From: Candidatus Bathyarchaeia archaeon
GTDB lineage: Archaea; Thermoproteota; Bathyarchaeia; Bathyarchaeales; Bathycorpusculaceae
NCBI GenBank assembly: GCA_038883855.1
Contig: JAVZLH010000001.1
Location: 141,563-205,562 of the forward strand
Direction of reading: 5' to 3'
Length of the DNA stretch: 64,000 nucleotides
Position 1 is the stretch's first letter. Every line of letters starts with the position of its first letter. The notes beneath the pieces are model-generated. The model was not told the origin of the DNA. It was given only the letters and a program-made list of their open reading frames with translations, and did not search any database. Below are positions 1-9,429 of this stretch, in pieces. The position numbers and the translations under genes are program-made.

Positions 1-93
1 TGTTTATGACTTAACCTGTATGTTGTTGTGCGACACACAAAAGGCAAAAATCGTTTAGAGTGAGGCTAATCTTAGAGGTTAGAGGACAAGCTT

Positions 94-568
94 GTGCACC
101 AATTTAATGTAATGTGGGAAATCACCAGTTTGGTAGGAGTTAAACTGGATGTAAGGGCGAAGACTGAAGCAATCAATTTTGATGTCAAAGCTAAACTGGA
201 AGAAAGCGAGGAGCGCAAGAGCCAGATGGTTGTTGTAGGCTTCCGCCTTTTTCTGGCAACTAAACCAAGTATTGTTGAAGTTTGAAATTGAGGGCACCGC
301 AACTTTAGCGGGAAAGGGACATGGAAATAAACGAAATGCTGGAAATCGACCCAGAAACAAAAGTGCCCTATGTCTTTCAAAAATTTACTAACATGCCTTT
401 ACAGCAATTATTTGCTTTCAACAATTTTAGGCGCCCTCCACCACCCGTGATTTGTTATTCTCTAAAAGACAAGACGCGTCTGGAGAAGAGGTAAGCGTGG
501 AAACGGGTGAAACTGGAACTGTAGGCGTTGAGGTTGCAACGGAGGAAGTAAGTGTTTCTGAAAAATAG
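94..568 (+). pseudogene. Multiply frameshifted hypothetical gene (pseudogene or error-rich contig edge)
   Basis: Protein-like segments join across frames: ...INFDVKAKLEE...FLATKPSIV / FEIEGTATLAG / MEINEMLEIDPETKVPYVFQK / ...DLLFSKRQDASGEEVSVETGE...SEK, ending at TAG 566-568. The true start is uncertain. Confidence 0.5.
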
Positions 569-580
569 TTTTCAGTAACA

Positions 581-588
581 TTTAATAG
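581..588 (+). promoter_or_regulatory. Putative TATA box for the queT transcript
   Basis: TTTAATAG lies about 30-40 nt upstream of the GC-rich leader at 621. Confidence 0.4.
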
Positions 589-620
589 GAATAATTCTCT
601 TCCGTTTAGAAACTGTTAAT

Positions 621-675
621 GGCGGGTGAGTGGGCCTCCACCCGTTCCGCAATAAAACCCCGGAGTAGGAGGTGA
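621..675 (+). ncRNA. Candidate cis-regulatory leader (preQ-type riboswitch-like pseudoknot) upstream of queT
   Basis: Stem GGCGGGTG(621-628)/CACCCGTT(639-646); CCTCC(635-639) is complementary to the SD GGAGG(668-672); A-rich AATAAAA(651-657) followed by CCCC; minor stem TCCG(646-649)/CGGA(661-664). Confidence 0.45.
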
Positions 676-679
676 AAAG

Positions 680-1207
680 TTGAAATTTGACAGTAGAGAT
701 TTAGCGTTGACAGCAGTTTTTGCCGCACTTTACGCTGCGCTGGTCATTCTTCTGGCGCCAATAAGTTTCGGGGTCTATCAAGTTAGGGTTGCTGACGCTT
801 TACTTCCCTTATCAATGATATTTGGAGTTCCCATCGCCATTGGGTCAAGCTTAGGTTGTTTGGTTGCGAATGTTTACGGCGGTTTAGGCGCCATCGACAT
901 TGTGGGCGGAGCGATTGCAAACTTTCTGGCATGTGTCTCAGCGTGGTATGTTGGCAGAAGTGGGTTTGCAAGTAGGCTTCTGGGAAGTTTTGTTGAAACA
1001 CTGGTTATAACTGTAATTGTTGGTGGTTATTTGTCGTTAATATTTGATGTCCCCGTTGAGCTTGGATTGTTCGGCATTTTCGTCGGCTCTATCATTTCGA
1101 TAAACATTTTAGGCTTTGCCCTTGAAGAAGTTTTACAACGAAGCGGCGTATGGAAAAGGCACGCTGGAAAAGTTGCAACAAACATTGATGCGCATGGTAC
1201 TACATGA
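680..1207 (+). CDS. queT: QueT family transporter (ECF S-component, 7-deazaguanine precursor uptake)
   Basis: Signature AALYAALVILLAPISFGVYQVRVADAL; hydrophobic 175 aa; SD GGAGGTGA at 668-675; TTG start. Confidence 0.85.
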   Translation: MKFDSRDLALTAVFAALYAALVILLAPISFGVYQVRVADALLPLSMIFGVPIAIGSSLGCLVANVYGGLGAIDIVGGAIANFLACVSAWYVGRSGFASRLLGSFVETLVITVIVGGYLSLIFDVPVELGLFGIFVGSIISINILGFALEEVLQRSGVWKRHAGKVATNIDAHGTT

Positions 1208-3881
1208 AGCGTTCCAGTTTTGTTAATCCTATTATTTCGTCGAAGTCTAAACCTAAAGCATCTAAAACCTGGTCGAATGTTGAGTGGAGATAGGCTATGT
1301 ACTTGTCAACATCTATCTCGTTTTTTGTTGCCAACTCCACCGGTTTAACATGGGGTTCGTTGACGACTTTCACGAAGCTTATTAAGTCGCCTGCTTTAGG
1401 CTCTACGCCTCCTTCTTTTAGAATTCTTGCTGCTTTAACATGTTGAGGTGTTGTTTTTGTGTAACGTTCTGGCTCTTCGCCTAAGACCACGTTGAAGGCG
1501 AGTTCGTTTAGGCTTTCCCACTCGCGTCTTTTCAATCGCATGTAACAGTCGCGGATGTTTCGGATAATATCCTTTTTTGCGTCTTCGAAGTCTGCTGGAG
1601 TTTTCACGGCGGCTAAGCGTTCTTTCATTTTGTCGAAAGCCTTCTTGATAAACAGCGGTATGTGCCTCTTTTTGCCTGTCAACCCTTTCACGTCAACGCT
1701 TCCGTCCTCTAAAACTCCTAAATAATTCTTTTTTCTTGAGCTAAAAACTGCATATCGGTAAACCTTGTCCACATCCAAGCTCATTTTCAGTTCGCGTTCA
1801 GTCCACTCTCCCAACTCGCGGATTTGCTCTTTTGAAGGGTTCTTTAGGAAAACGCTGTCCGTGTCACCATAAAGCACTTTTATGCCCAACTCCTCCGCCC
1901 TATTAATTATTTGGGTTATTGCGTGTCTTCCAATGGCTGCTGTTGCCTCCGCAACTGGCGGGCAATATAAGTCGAAGGTTTCAGCCCCGAAGACTCCGTA
2001 GCTGGCGTTTAAAATTACCTTGAGGGCTCCTTGAATGATGTTGTACCAGCTTCTCAACTCTGCCGTCAAAGCCTTGTCTTTAGATTTCGGCTTGTACCAT
2101 TGTACTCGCAAATCTCTAAGTGAACCTATCAGAAGACTTTCTAAACCCCGCTTTTTTGTGCAGACCCAATGGGGTGTTCCTGGAACAAGGTTTGTGTGGC
2201 ATTCTGGATGCGGACACAAAATGGACTGGTAGCCTAGGTTCCAAACTTTTATTATTGATGGGTATAGGCTTGGGAAATCCATTATGGCAACGTTGAAGTG
2301 GACGCCTGGGACTGGTTCAACAACTATGGCGCCCTTGTACTTTTTGCCTTTAATTATGGCTTTTGTGGCTGTCTTGCCTTTTAAGGCCAGTATGTCTTCG
2401 GCGTTTGGGATGAGCATGTTTCTTCTGCGGTGTTCTCGGTGCATGAAATTTCTTATCCAGCGGGAAACTCCTTGGCGACTAACGTCTTCCATTGGCATGC
2501 TGCTGATTCTGGCTAAAACAAGGATAAGCTTCATCACCAGCTCATCTTCGAAGCTTGTAAGCGTGAATGTGATTTCAGCGTCTCTAAAACAGTATTGGGC
2601 AAGCTCAGTGTAGGTTAACTCTCCTATGCCCTTTTCTAGAGGTATCTTCTCCATTCCGACAAGGGCTTTGCCCACATCGTCGAGCGTAACATCTCGATAG
2701 CGGTTGTTGAAGGCGTAAATTTGGATTGAGCGGTTAAAGAAGAACTTGTAAAGGTCTATGTGGACACCATATTTTAGAAGACATACACGCCTACCTACAT
2801 CTATTGGGACGTCGTCCCTTCTGAAACCGAAATTCTGCGCTCGATGAGCCAGATAACGCAGGTCAAAATCGTCGCCATTAAAAGTTACTACGAAGGGATA
2901 ACTCCACAGAACATCAAAAATGGCTTTTATAAGCTTCTCTTCCGAATCAAAATACACAAGCTCCACACCAGCTGGTAAACGCTCAGCGCCTTCGCGGACC
3001 CCTTCCCGCCTTAAAAGTAAAACCTTCTTTTGTCCATCCGAACCATAAATTGAAGCGCAAACAACAGGGTAAGCAGCTTCTCGGGGGTCCGGCATTCTTG
3101 TTGGAACTGGCGTGTGCACCTCTATGTCGATGGCGGCACGGTGAAACTTTGGAGCTGGATACTCCAGAAGCCTAGCCCACTGCTCAATATGTTCAAGCTC
3201 CTCTGGATGAGCGTCTCTAAATATTCCCTTTATTTTCTGGATGTTCTCCTCTACTTCTTCCAATCGTTTTGGAACCAGTTTGCCGTCTCTAACCTCATAT
3301 ATCATTCCCGGCCAAAGTTCACGGTCATAAATGTAGGACTGGTAATACTTTATCTTGGACTCCCAAACTTTAATTGCCTCTGCTGGTATTGGGGTATCTG
3401 AAACTTTTGGGAAGTCCTCTGGGATTATGTCCCTTATGCATCCTGTTGGGCGTCCACCAATGGCTAACGGGTCTTTCGCCACTATTTTCGTTACTTTAAC
3501 CATTTTATCTTGTAGCGGGTCAAACCTCTCTTCGAGTTCGAAATGGTCAAACCCTGGATGTTTTGTTAGGCGGTCTATTTTCTCAAGCTCGTATGGTGAG
3601 AGGTTTGTTAGGCAGTAGGGTTTATGTCCAGAATTGTCATACCAAAAATAGATTTTCCCTGATGTTGGCTCGTAAAGTTTGATTAGGGCTTTTCCAGCTT
3701 TTCCGTCGTATGTGGCTGAAACAAAATATGAGGGCGGCAAGTTTTCAGGAGCCAACGGGGGAAAAGTACGCTGTCTTTTTTCTTTTTTTATGGCTTCTGT
3801 GAAGGGCAAGGCTTCCGTTTTGGCCTCTTCTTTGGGCTCTGCTCTTGGAAGCGAAAATTCGTCGAGACTTCTCTGCGCCAT
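1200..3881 (-). CDS. polB1: Family B DNA polymerase, PolB1 type
   Basis: Exonuclease motifs DIEV, FNGDDFD, YCFRD; polymerase motifs DFPSLYPS, KVILNASYG, YGDTDS; no intein. Confidence 0.95.
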   Translation of the reverse strand: MAQRSLDEFSLPRAEPKEEAKTEALPFTEAIKKEKRQRTFPPLAPENLPPSYFVSATYDGKAGKALIKLYEPTSGKIYFWYDNSGHKPYCLTNLSPYELEKIDRLTKHPGFDHFELEERFDPLQDKMVKVTKIVAKDPLAIGGRPTGCIRDIIPEDFPKVSDTPIPAEAIKVWESKIKYYQSYIYDRELWPGMIYEVRDGKLVPKRLEEVEENIQKIKGIFRDAHPEELEHIEQWARLLEYPAPKFHRAAIDIEVHTPVPTRMPDPREAAYPVVCASIYGSDGQKKVLLLRREGVREGAERLPAGVELVYFDSEEKLIKAIFDVLWSYPFVVTFNGDDFDLRYLAHRAQNFGFRRDDVPIDVGRRVCLLKYGVHIDLYKFFFNRSIQIYAFNNRYRDVTLDDVGKALVGMEKIPLEKGIGELTYTELAQYCFRDAEITFTLTSFEDELVMKLILVLARISSMPMEDVSRQGVSRWIRNFMHREHRRRNMLIPNAEDILALKGKTATKAIIKGKKYKGAIVVEPVPGVHFNVAIMDFPSLYPSIIKVWNLGYQSILCPHPECHTNLVPGTPHWVCTKKRGLESLLIGSLRDLRVQWYKPKSKDKALTAELRSWYNIIQGALKVILNASYGVFGAETFDLYCPPVAEATAAIGRHAITQIINRAEELGIKVLYGDTDSVFLKNPSKEQIRELGEWTERELKMSLDVDKVYRYAVFSSRKKNYLGVLEDGSVDVKGLTGKKRHIPLFIKKAFDKMKERLAAVKTPADFEDAKKDIIRNIRDCYMRLKRREWESLNELAFNVVLGEEPERYTKTTPQHVKAARILKEGGVEPKAGDLISFVKVVNEPHVKPVELATKNEIDVDKYIAYLHSTFDQVLDALGLDFDEIIGLTKLERFM

Positions 3882-3962
3882 AGTCGCCTTAACCTAACTT
3901 TTTGTTAATGGATAGGATAGACTAAAATCTTACTAAACCTAGATTCTACGGCTGGGAAGAAG

Positions 3963-5315
3963 TTGCTTAAGGAAGCTTGGATGCTTGCAATTGAAACCCT
4001 AAGCTGGATGGAAACGCAAAAATTAAGCGAACGTCTAGCCTTGGCAAAAACTGTTAAGCAACTAGGCATAAGCGACGTTGACGCCATAAGATTTGCTCAC
4101 GGACTTGTTTGCGAAACCGTTAGGCGCCGCAACCTAATCGACAAGTTCATTAACAACGTTTTGAAGCCAAGGGCAATAAGCGAGTTAACCCAAGGCGTCC
4201 AAGCCTTTCTAAGGCTTTACGTTTATCAGACGCGAATAGCCAAAAACTGGTCGAAAATCGACATTGAAGAAGCCCAAAACATAGCCAAACTAGCCCGTGC
4301 AATTTTAGGATGGAAAACTCTCCAAAAAGTTGAACATGTGCTAGGCTTATTACTTACAGAGAATCCAGCGGCAATATTGAAGGATGTTAGCGACGAAGAA
4401 AGAATTGGACTTTTAACCTTCCACCCAACATGGTTTGTTAAGTACTGCACTAAACTTTTTGGCAGAAAAGAAGCTATAGCCTTGCTGGAAGCAAACGCAG
4501 AGCCGCCGCCAACATACATAAGAATAAACACGCTTAAGGCAACTGAAAACCAGATTCTCGAAAAACTCTCGCAAGAAGGAATACACGTTGAGAAAGTTGA
4601 GGGTTTAAAGTACGCCTACAAAGTTTTAGGCGCAAAAAAGCCTTTAACCAGAACAGCAAGCTTCCAAGAAGGCTTATTCTATATTCAAGACAAGGCAAGC
4701 TGTTTTGCCGCTGAAGCTGCAAATCCAAAACCAGGAGCAACTGTGCTAGACGTTTGTGCGGCACCTGGAGCAAAGACGACTTTTCTAGCGCAGTTAATGG
4801 AGAATCGCGGCTTAATTTATTCCATTGACTATTCACGGCGTAGGATGGATGTTTGGCAAAGCGAAGTCTCCCGTATGGGTGTAAAAATAGCCTTGCCTAT
4901 TATAGCAGATGCGTGCAATCCGCTGCCAATAGTTCCTGAAGTGGACATGGTTGTGTTGGACCCGCCATGCACAAGCACTGGCGCCTTTGGAAAGCTTCCT
5001 TCAGCCAAGTGGAGGCTTACGCAGCGTTTCGTTGAGAAGATGTCTGAAATACAGTGGCAGATGATAAACAACTGTGCTGAAAAGGTTAAGTCTGGAGGCG
5101 TGTTGGTCTATTCGACGTGCAGCATAACAGTTGAGGAAAACGAAATGCTTGTTGAAAAGTTTCTTAAGTGGCATCCAGAATTTTCGCTAATGGAAATAAC
5201 GCCTAACATTGGTTTGCCGGGTTTAAGGGGCATGGAAAAGTGCCAGAGGCTTTACCCGCACATACATGAATGTAACGGCTTTTTCATTGCAAAACTGTTA
5301 AAGAACAGAATCTAA
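3963..5315 (+). CDS. RsmB/NOL1/NOP2 RNA m5C methyltransferase with N-terminal NusB-like domain
   Basis: IQDKAS, DVCAAPGAKT, LDPPCTSTG and YSTCS motifs. Confidence 0.92.
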   Translation: MLKEAWMLAIETLSWMETQKLSERLALAKTVKQLGISDVDAIRFAHGLVCETVRRRNLIDKFINNVLKPRAISELTQGVQAFLRLYVYQTRIAKNWSKIDIEEAQNIAKLARAILGWKTLQKVEHVLGLLLTENPAAILKDVSDEERIGLLTFHPTWFVKYCTKLFGRKEAIALLEANAEPPPTYIRINTLKATENQILEKLSQEGIHVEKVEGLKYAYKVLGAKKPLTRTASFQEGLFYIQDKASCFAAEAANPKPGATVLDVCAAPGAKTTFLAQLMENRGLIYSIDYSRRRMDVWQSEVSRMGVKIALPIIADACNPLPIVPEVDMVVLDPPCTSTGAFGKLPSAKWRLTQRFVEKMSEIQWQMINNCAEKVKSGGVLVYSTCSITVEENEMLVEKFLKWHPEFSLMEITPNIGLPGLRGMEKCQRLYPHIHECNGFFIAKLLKNRI

Positions 5316-6211
5316 CGTTTTCTTGTTTTCCCTAGTTTGCAGAGTAGTTCAAAAATTATTTTTGCTGCTTGAATAGCTGAAACGCCTTGGTCATAGTTTG
5401 GTGCAACTTCAACCACGTCAAAGCCTACCACACGGCTATCGCAAAGGGCGCATAGAATATCAAGCAACGTGTGTGTTTCGATCCCTTCCGGTTCTGGGTT
5501 TTGCACTGCTGGCGCATAAGCGGGGTCTAAAACATCCATGTCTACGGATAAATAGAGGCTTTCTATTCCAGCCAGTTCCTTATTCAACAACTTTACAATT
5601 TGCATGCTACCTTTTTTTCTGATTTGCTGTGCTGTGAAAAACTGTATGCCCGCCTCTTCTGCATATTTGAGTTCTTCTTTGCAGACTGCTCTTGTGCCCA
5701 CTTCAATTATTTTTGCTGGCTTTGCCTCTTCGTTTATTCTGCGCATAAACGTTGTGTGAGAAAGTTTGAGTCCCATAAACTCGTCTCGAAGGTCAAGGTG
5801 CGCATCAAAACTCACAACAGCTGTTTTATTGGCTTTTCTGCCTAAGCCTTTAACTGCTCCCAAAGTTATTGTGTGTTCGCCGCCCATGACGACTGGCGTT
5901 TTTTCAGCTTCCAGAATTTCTTTAACAACAAGCCCGAGTCTTTTCATGGTTTCAGCAGTATCCATATATACGTGTAAATCGCCTAAATCGTGCAGTTGCA
6001 AATTTTCCACGTCAAAGCCAGCGCGGAAACTGTAGGTTTCAATGTTTAGTGATGCCTCCCTTATGGCGTTTGGACCAAACCGCGCTCCAGTTCTATAGGT
6101 GCTTGTGGCATCAAATGGAACGCCTAAAATTATGTAATCTGCTTTTTCGAAGGGTTTTTGGAAACCGCTGAAAACATTGGATTGTGAAACGAAAATTTCG
6201 CGGTAACCCAT
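5312..6211 (-). CDS. speB: Agmatinase
   Basis: GGEHTIT, FDAHLDL and SVDMDVLDP ureohydrolase metal motifs. Confidence 0.92.
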   Translation of the reverse strand: MGYREIFVSQSNVFSGFQKPFEKADYIILGVPFDATSTYRTGARFGPNAIREASLNIETYSFRAGFDVENLQLHDLGDLHVYMDTAETMKRLGLVVKEILEAEKTPVVMGGEHTITLGAVKGLGRKANKTAVVSFDAHLDLRDEFMGLKLSHTTFMRRINEEAKPAKIIEVGTRAVCKEELKYAEEAGIQFFTAQQIRKKGSMQIVKLLNKELAGIESLYLSVDMDVLDPAYAPAVQNPEPEGIETHTLLDILCALCDSRVVGFDVVEVAPNYDQGVSAIQAAKIIFELLCKLGKTRKR

Positions 6212-6271
6212 TTCTATTATTCTTCCTACACTTTGTTCCTAGAGGTATGCTCCGAGCTCTTTTTAAAATTT

Positions 6272-6773
6272 CTACTTCCGAAAGGCAAAACACAGCCTTG
6301 CCAAATAAGCGATGATGCCTAAAAGGAAGGATAAGCTGCAAAGTCCGTAGATAACAGTGTATTGGTAAGGAACCAGAATGTTAATGAAGGGATTTCCTTG
6401 CAGCGGATAAAAGGGCGCCATTTCCCCATAAAGAAACGAGTCTAAAAACACATGCGAATAAACTCCTACAAAAGACGTTAAAAATATCCTCTTAAAAGAA
6501 GTCTTCTGCGGAATTCTGAAAAACGCCATCTTTGCCAAACAATTCCCTAAGCGGATAAACAACTGCTGTGACAAAAAATGCCAGAATTGACGCGCTTAAA
6601 TATGAGTGGAAAAAACCGTGAAGCGGATAACCAGAAACGCCAAAAAACACCACATAGAGCGGCTCCACGTCTGGAATGACGCTTGCTATTAGAAGTGCTG
6701 GCAAATCAAAAAATGTGAATAAGGCTAGACCTAACAACAACGCTGGACCAAAATGGAATGGAGTAAAGGGCAT
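6272..6773 (-). pseudogene. Membrane metal-dependent hydrolase (DUF4184/YbcI-like), frameshifted near 6530
   Basis: MPFTPFH...VIPDVEP...LHGFFHS in one frame and SHVFLDS...PFYP in another. Confidence 0.75.
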
Positions 6774-6877
6774 AACCAAACCTTCTCTGCATAAATGTTG
6801 TTCCACTATTGACCAGTGACGGTATAATATTTATTAATTTATTGCTGTTAATGCATTTGTTAAAAAGGGTGCAAAAC

Positions 6878-7231
6878 ATGGCGCTAAAATCTAAGCTTAA
6901 AATTGAAGGCAAGGGCATCGCAGCGTCCTTCATCTTTTACGCTGTTGCTGGAATAATTTTCTTCATTGTTTTACCTTTAGCCTTTTTCCCACCCCACATT
7001 GGCATAATCGGAATCCTAAGTCTGCTCACAGCCTACGGCTTGCTAAAGAAAAGAGTTTGGGCAGTTTGGCTTGTTGTCATGTTATTCTTTATCAACACAA
7101 CTTTTTCGTTGGTTACACTTTACTACTTTTTTCTGGGAGATATGCTCATTGAGGTGGGCGCGGCTGCATACTTAATTCTCACATGGATTTTCACAGCATA
7201 CATCGTTGCAAAAAGGGAGACAATAAAGTAG
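6878..7231 (+). CDS. Hypothetical membrane protein (about 4 TM)
   Basis: Hydrophobic ORF; GGGTG SD before the ATG at 6878. Confidence 0.7.
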   Translation: MALKSKLKIEGKGIAASFIFYAVAGIIFFIVLPLAFFPPHIGIIGILSLLTAYGLLKKRVWAVWLVVMLFFINTTFSLVTLYYFFLGDMLIEVGAAAYLILTWIFTAYIVAKRETIK

Positions 7232-7241
7232 AAACTTCTCT

Positions 7242-8108
7242 TTAAGCAGCTTTCATTTCTCTTTTAAGGATATCGCGCATTTTCACTGCGTCCACATCAA
7301 GAACCGGGCTTTCGCTTATGATGACCGGGTTCAATTTGAACTCAGCTATAACTTTTGCTAGCATTTCAAAATCTGGGCCGTATTCGGCTTCCTCCATTGT
7401 GTGGTGTTGTTTCTCGCCTTTATCCGTGAATTCCACCTTCGTGAAGTGGCAATGCATATTTTTAACGGTTTCAGTTCCCAAGCGCTTTTCAATTTCCGCA
7501 ACAACTTCACGAAAATCCTCAACAGTCTTGAAACGCCCCTTGCCCCTTGCGTGCAAGTGCGCCCAGTCAATGACCGGACTCGTTCGCTCAACTTCCTCGC
7601 AGAGGCCCAAAACTTCGTCTAAACTCCCAAATTGGGAAGGCTTGCCCATAGTTTCTGGGCCTAGTCTTACATTCTTAATTCCAAGCGTGCTCATGGCTTC
7701 AACAACTTCTTTTAAGGCCTCAATACATTTTTTAAAAACATCTTTTGGCGCGTTTTTACCGTAAAACCCTGAGTGGAAAACCACTATGTATGATTTCAGC
7801 CAGTCGGCCGCGGTTGCGCCTGCAATTAAGCGTTGTTTACTTGCTTCAACAACTTGTTTGTTCCCGCAAAAGTTTATGAAGTAGGAGCCATGGAGGCTTA
7901 GCAAGACATCAAATTTTTCTGCTTCTCGCCCGAGTTTTTCAGCCTCTTCCCTCTTTATCTGCGGTTTTACGCCCCATCGAACCGCTTGATATTCAAAGGC
8001 GTCAAGTCCCTCTTCCATAAGAAGTCTAGGGACGTCCGTTAAACCAGCTTTTCTAGCTCTAAAGGATGGAGGGACTCCGGCGGGACCGAATCTTGTACGG
8101 TTAGTCAT
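7242..8108 (-). CDS. nfo: Endonuclease IV (AP endonuclease, TIM barrel)
   Basis: SLHGSYFIN, PETMGKPSQFG, DWAHLHAR, HCHF and ISESP motifs. Confidence 0.88.
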   Translation of the reverse strand: MTNRTRFGPAGVPPSFRARKAGLTDVPRLLMEEGLDAFEYQAVRWGVKPQIKREEAEKLGREAEKFDVLLSLHGSYFINFCGNKQVVEASKQRLIAGATAADWLKSYIVVFHSGFYGKNAPKDVFKKCIEALKEVVEAMSTLGIKNVRLGPETMGKPSQFGSLDEVLGLCEEVERTSPVIDWAHLHARGKGRFKTVEDFREVVAEIEKRLGTETVKNMHCHFTKVEFTDKGEKQHHTMEEAEYGPDFEMLAKVIAEFKLNPVIISESPVLDVDAVKMRDILKREMKAA

Positions 8109-8120
8109 TAATTTCCCTTT

Positions 8121-8954
8121 CTACCTTCTCTTAACTGTTCTGTGTTTGAAAGCTTTCCGCTTGTAGCCGCCGTAAAATAGAGTAGCTAAAGCCGAAATCC
8201 AAGCTGCAAGGTTCTGGAAAACCAGATACTTTCCAGCACCATCTAACAGAGTTAATGGTCCAATCAAAGAGCCCACGGCGACCACAAAATCCCTAAATCC
8301 GGGCGCCACGGCAATTAGCGCGTTATTTATAGCTGAAAAAAACGCGCCTATAGGGGTGAAAAACTGTGCTGTGCCTTTGATGAAGTTGAGTAGTGAGGCG
8401 TTGCTTTGGTAGGTGCCAGCTATTGTGTGATAAATTAGATTAGGATAAGCCAAGAGGGAAATTATGATTATGAGAGTTCCAAAAGTCAGCAGCAATGTTA
8501 AAGTGCTTTTTATTGCGGTTCTAGCGAAATGTATTTTTTGCCAAATGTAGGCTATTCCCTTAAATTTTAAAAGTCTCCTTTTCGCTCCATCAAAAAACCT
8601 CTTTAGAAGTCCCGTTTTCTGTTCTCCTTTTGTAGATGCCTTGGTCTTGGTTTTTAATGTTTCAGCGGGTTTTATCGTGAAGTAGCTTGTTAAACATATC
8701 CAGCTGAAAATGAGCGATAGGATGACGGCTGCGGGAACTAGATGGAATATTGGGCTAATCGTTAAAACGAAATTCCAATCCGTGCCCGGAAATATGAAAC
8801 TCCATTGTAACAGTCCTTTGTCTTCTACCCCTAAGCTAATGGCATAAAGAGCAACCAGATACTCGGTTAAAATAGCTATCAAAATGAAAAGAATTATCGC
8901 AGCTGCTCCCTTTAGTGTGGTCCAACGAATGACCAGACGTTTTTGAGTTACCAT
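8121..8954 (-). CDS. Hypothetical membrane protein
   Basis: 277-aa ORF with several TM segments; no recognised motif. Confidence 0.7.
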   Translation of the reverse strand: MVTQKRLVIRWTTLKGAAAIILFILIAILTEYLVALYAISLGVEDKGLLQWSFIFPGTDWNFVLTISPIFHLVPAAVILSLIFSWICLTSYFTIKPAETLKTKTKASTKGEQKTGLLKRFFDGAKRRLLKFKGIAYIWQKIHFARTAIKSTLTLLLTFGTLIIIISLLAYPNLIYHTIAGTYQSNASLLNFIKGTAQFFTPIGAFFSAINNALIAVAPGFRDFVVAVGSLIGPLTLLDGAGKYLVFQNLAAWISALATLFYGGYKRKAFKHRTVKRR

Positions 8955-9164
8955 CCCCGGTTCTCACCAGCGAATACATTAACCTCAATTACACTCTAAT
9001 ATGCGATTTTCTAACTAAAAAAGATGACTATGAAACACTGGGTATATATTTTCACTCATAATTAGTTAGCCTCAACCTCTTTATTTAACGAATTAATTCA
9101 AAGCAGAGAGAGAACAAAACTGTGAATACTACTCAAGGGTGGAATGCATCTGTTGGCTTCATCC

Positions 9165-9323
9165 TTAGGAAAATGGGAACTCGTTTCCGCATTTTGGGCA
9201 TTTAACCATGGAGCATTGTACGGAAGAGGGGCAGCCGGAGCAGGCAAATGCCCTGCCATATGTTATGTCAAAAGTGAAACCACATTTCGGGCATTTCACC
9301 AAATGCTTGGAATGCGTGTTCAG
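9165..9323 (-). CDS. Unannotated 52-aa Cys-rich zinc-finger microprotein
   Basis: Own translation: (L)NTHSKHLVKCPKCGFTFDITYGRAFACSGCPSSVQCSMVKCPKCGNEFPFS*. SD AGGAG (9337-9333) lies 9 nt before a CTG; alternative TTG start at 9302. Confidence 0.8.
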   Translation of the reverse strand: MNTHSKHLVKCPKCGFTFDITYGRAFACSGCPSSVQCSMVKCPKCGNEFPFS

Positions 9324-9429
9324 CGTTTTTCGCTCCTTTTAAGTAAATCATGGTGGGAAATTTTAAAAATGTTTCTCATAACTCTAAAGTTGATTTACAC
9401 AAGATTTATTAAATTATTGAGAGGCAAAT

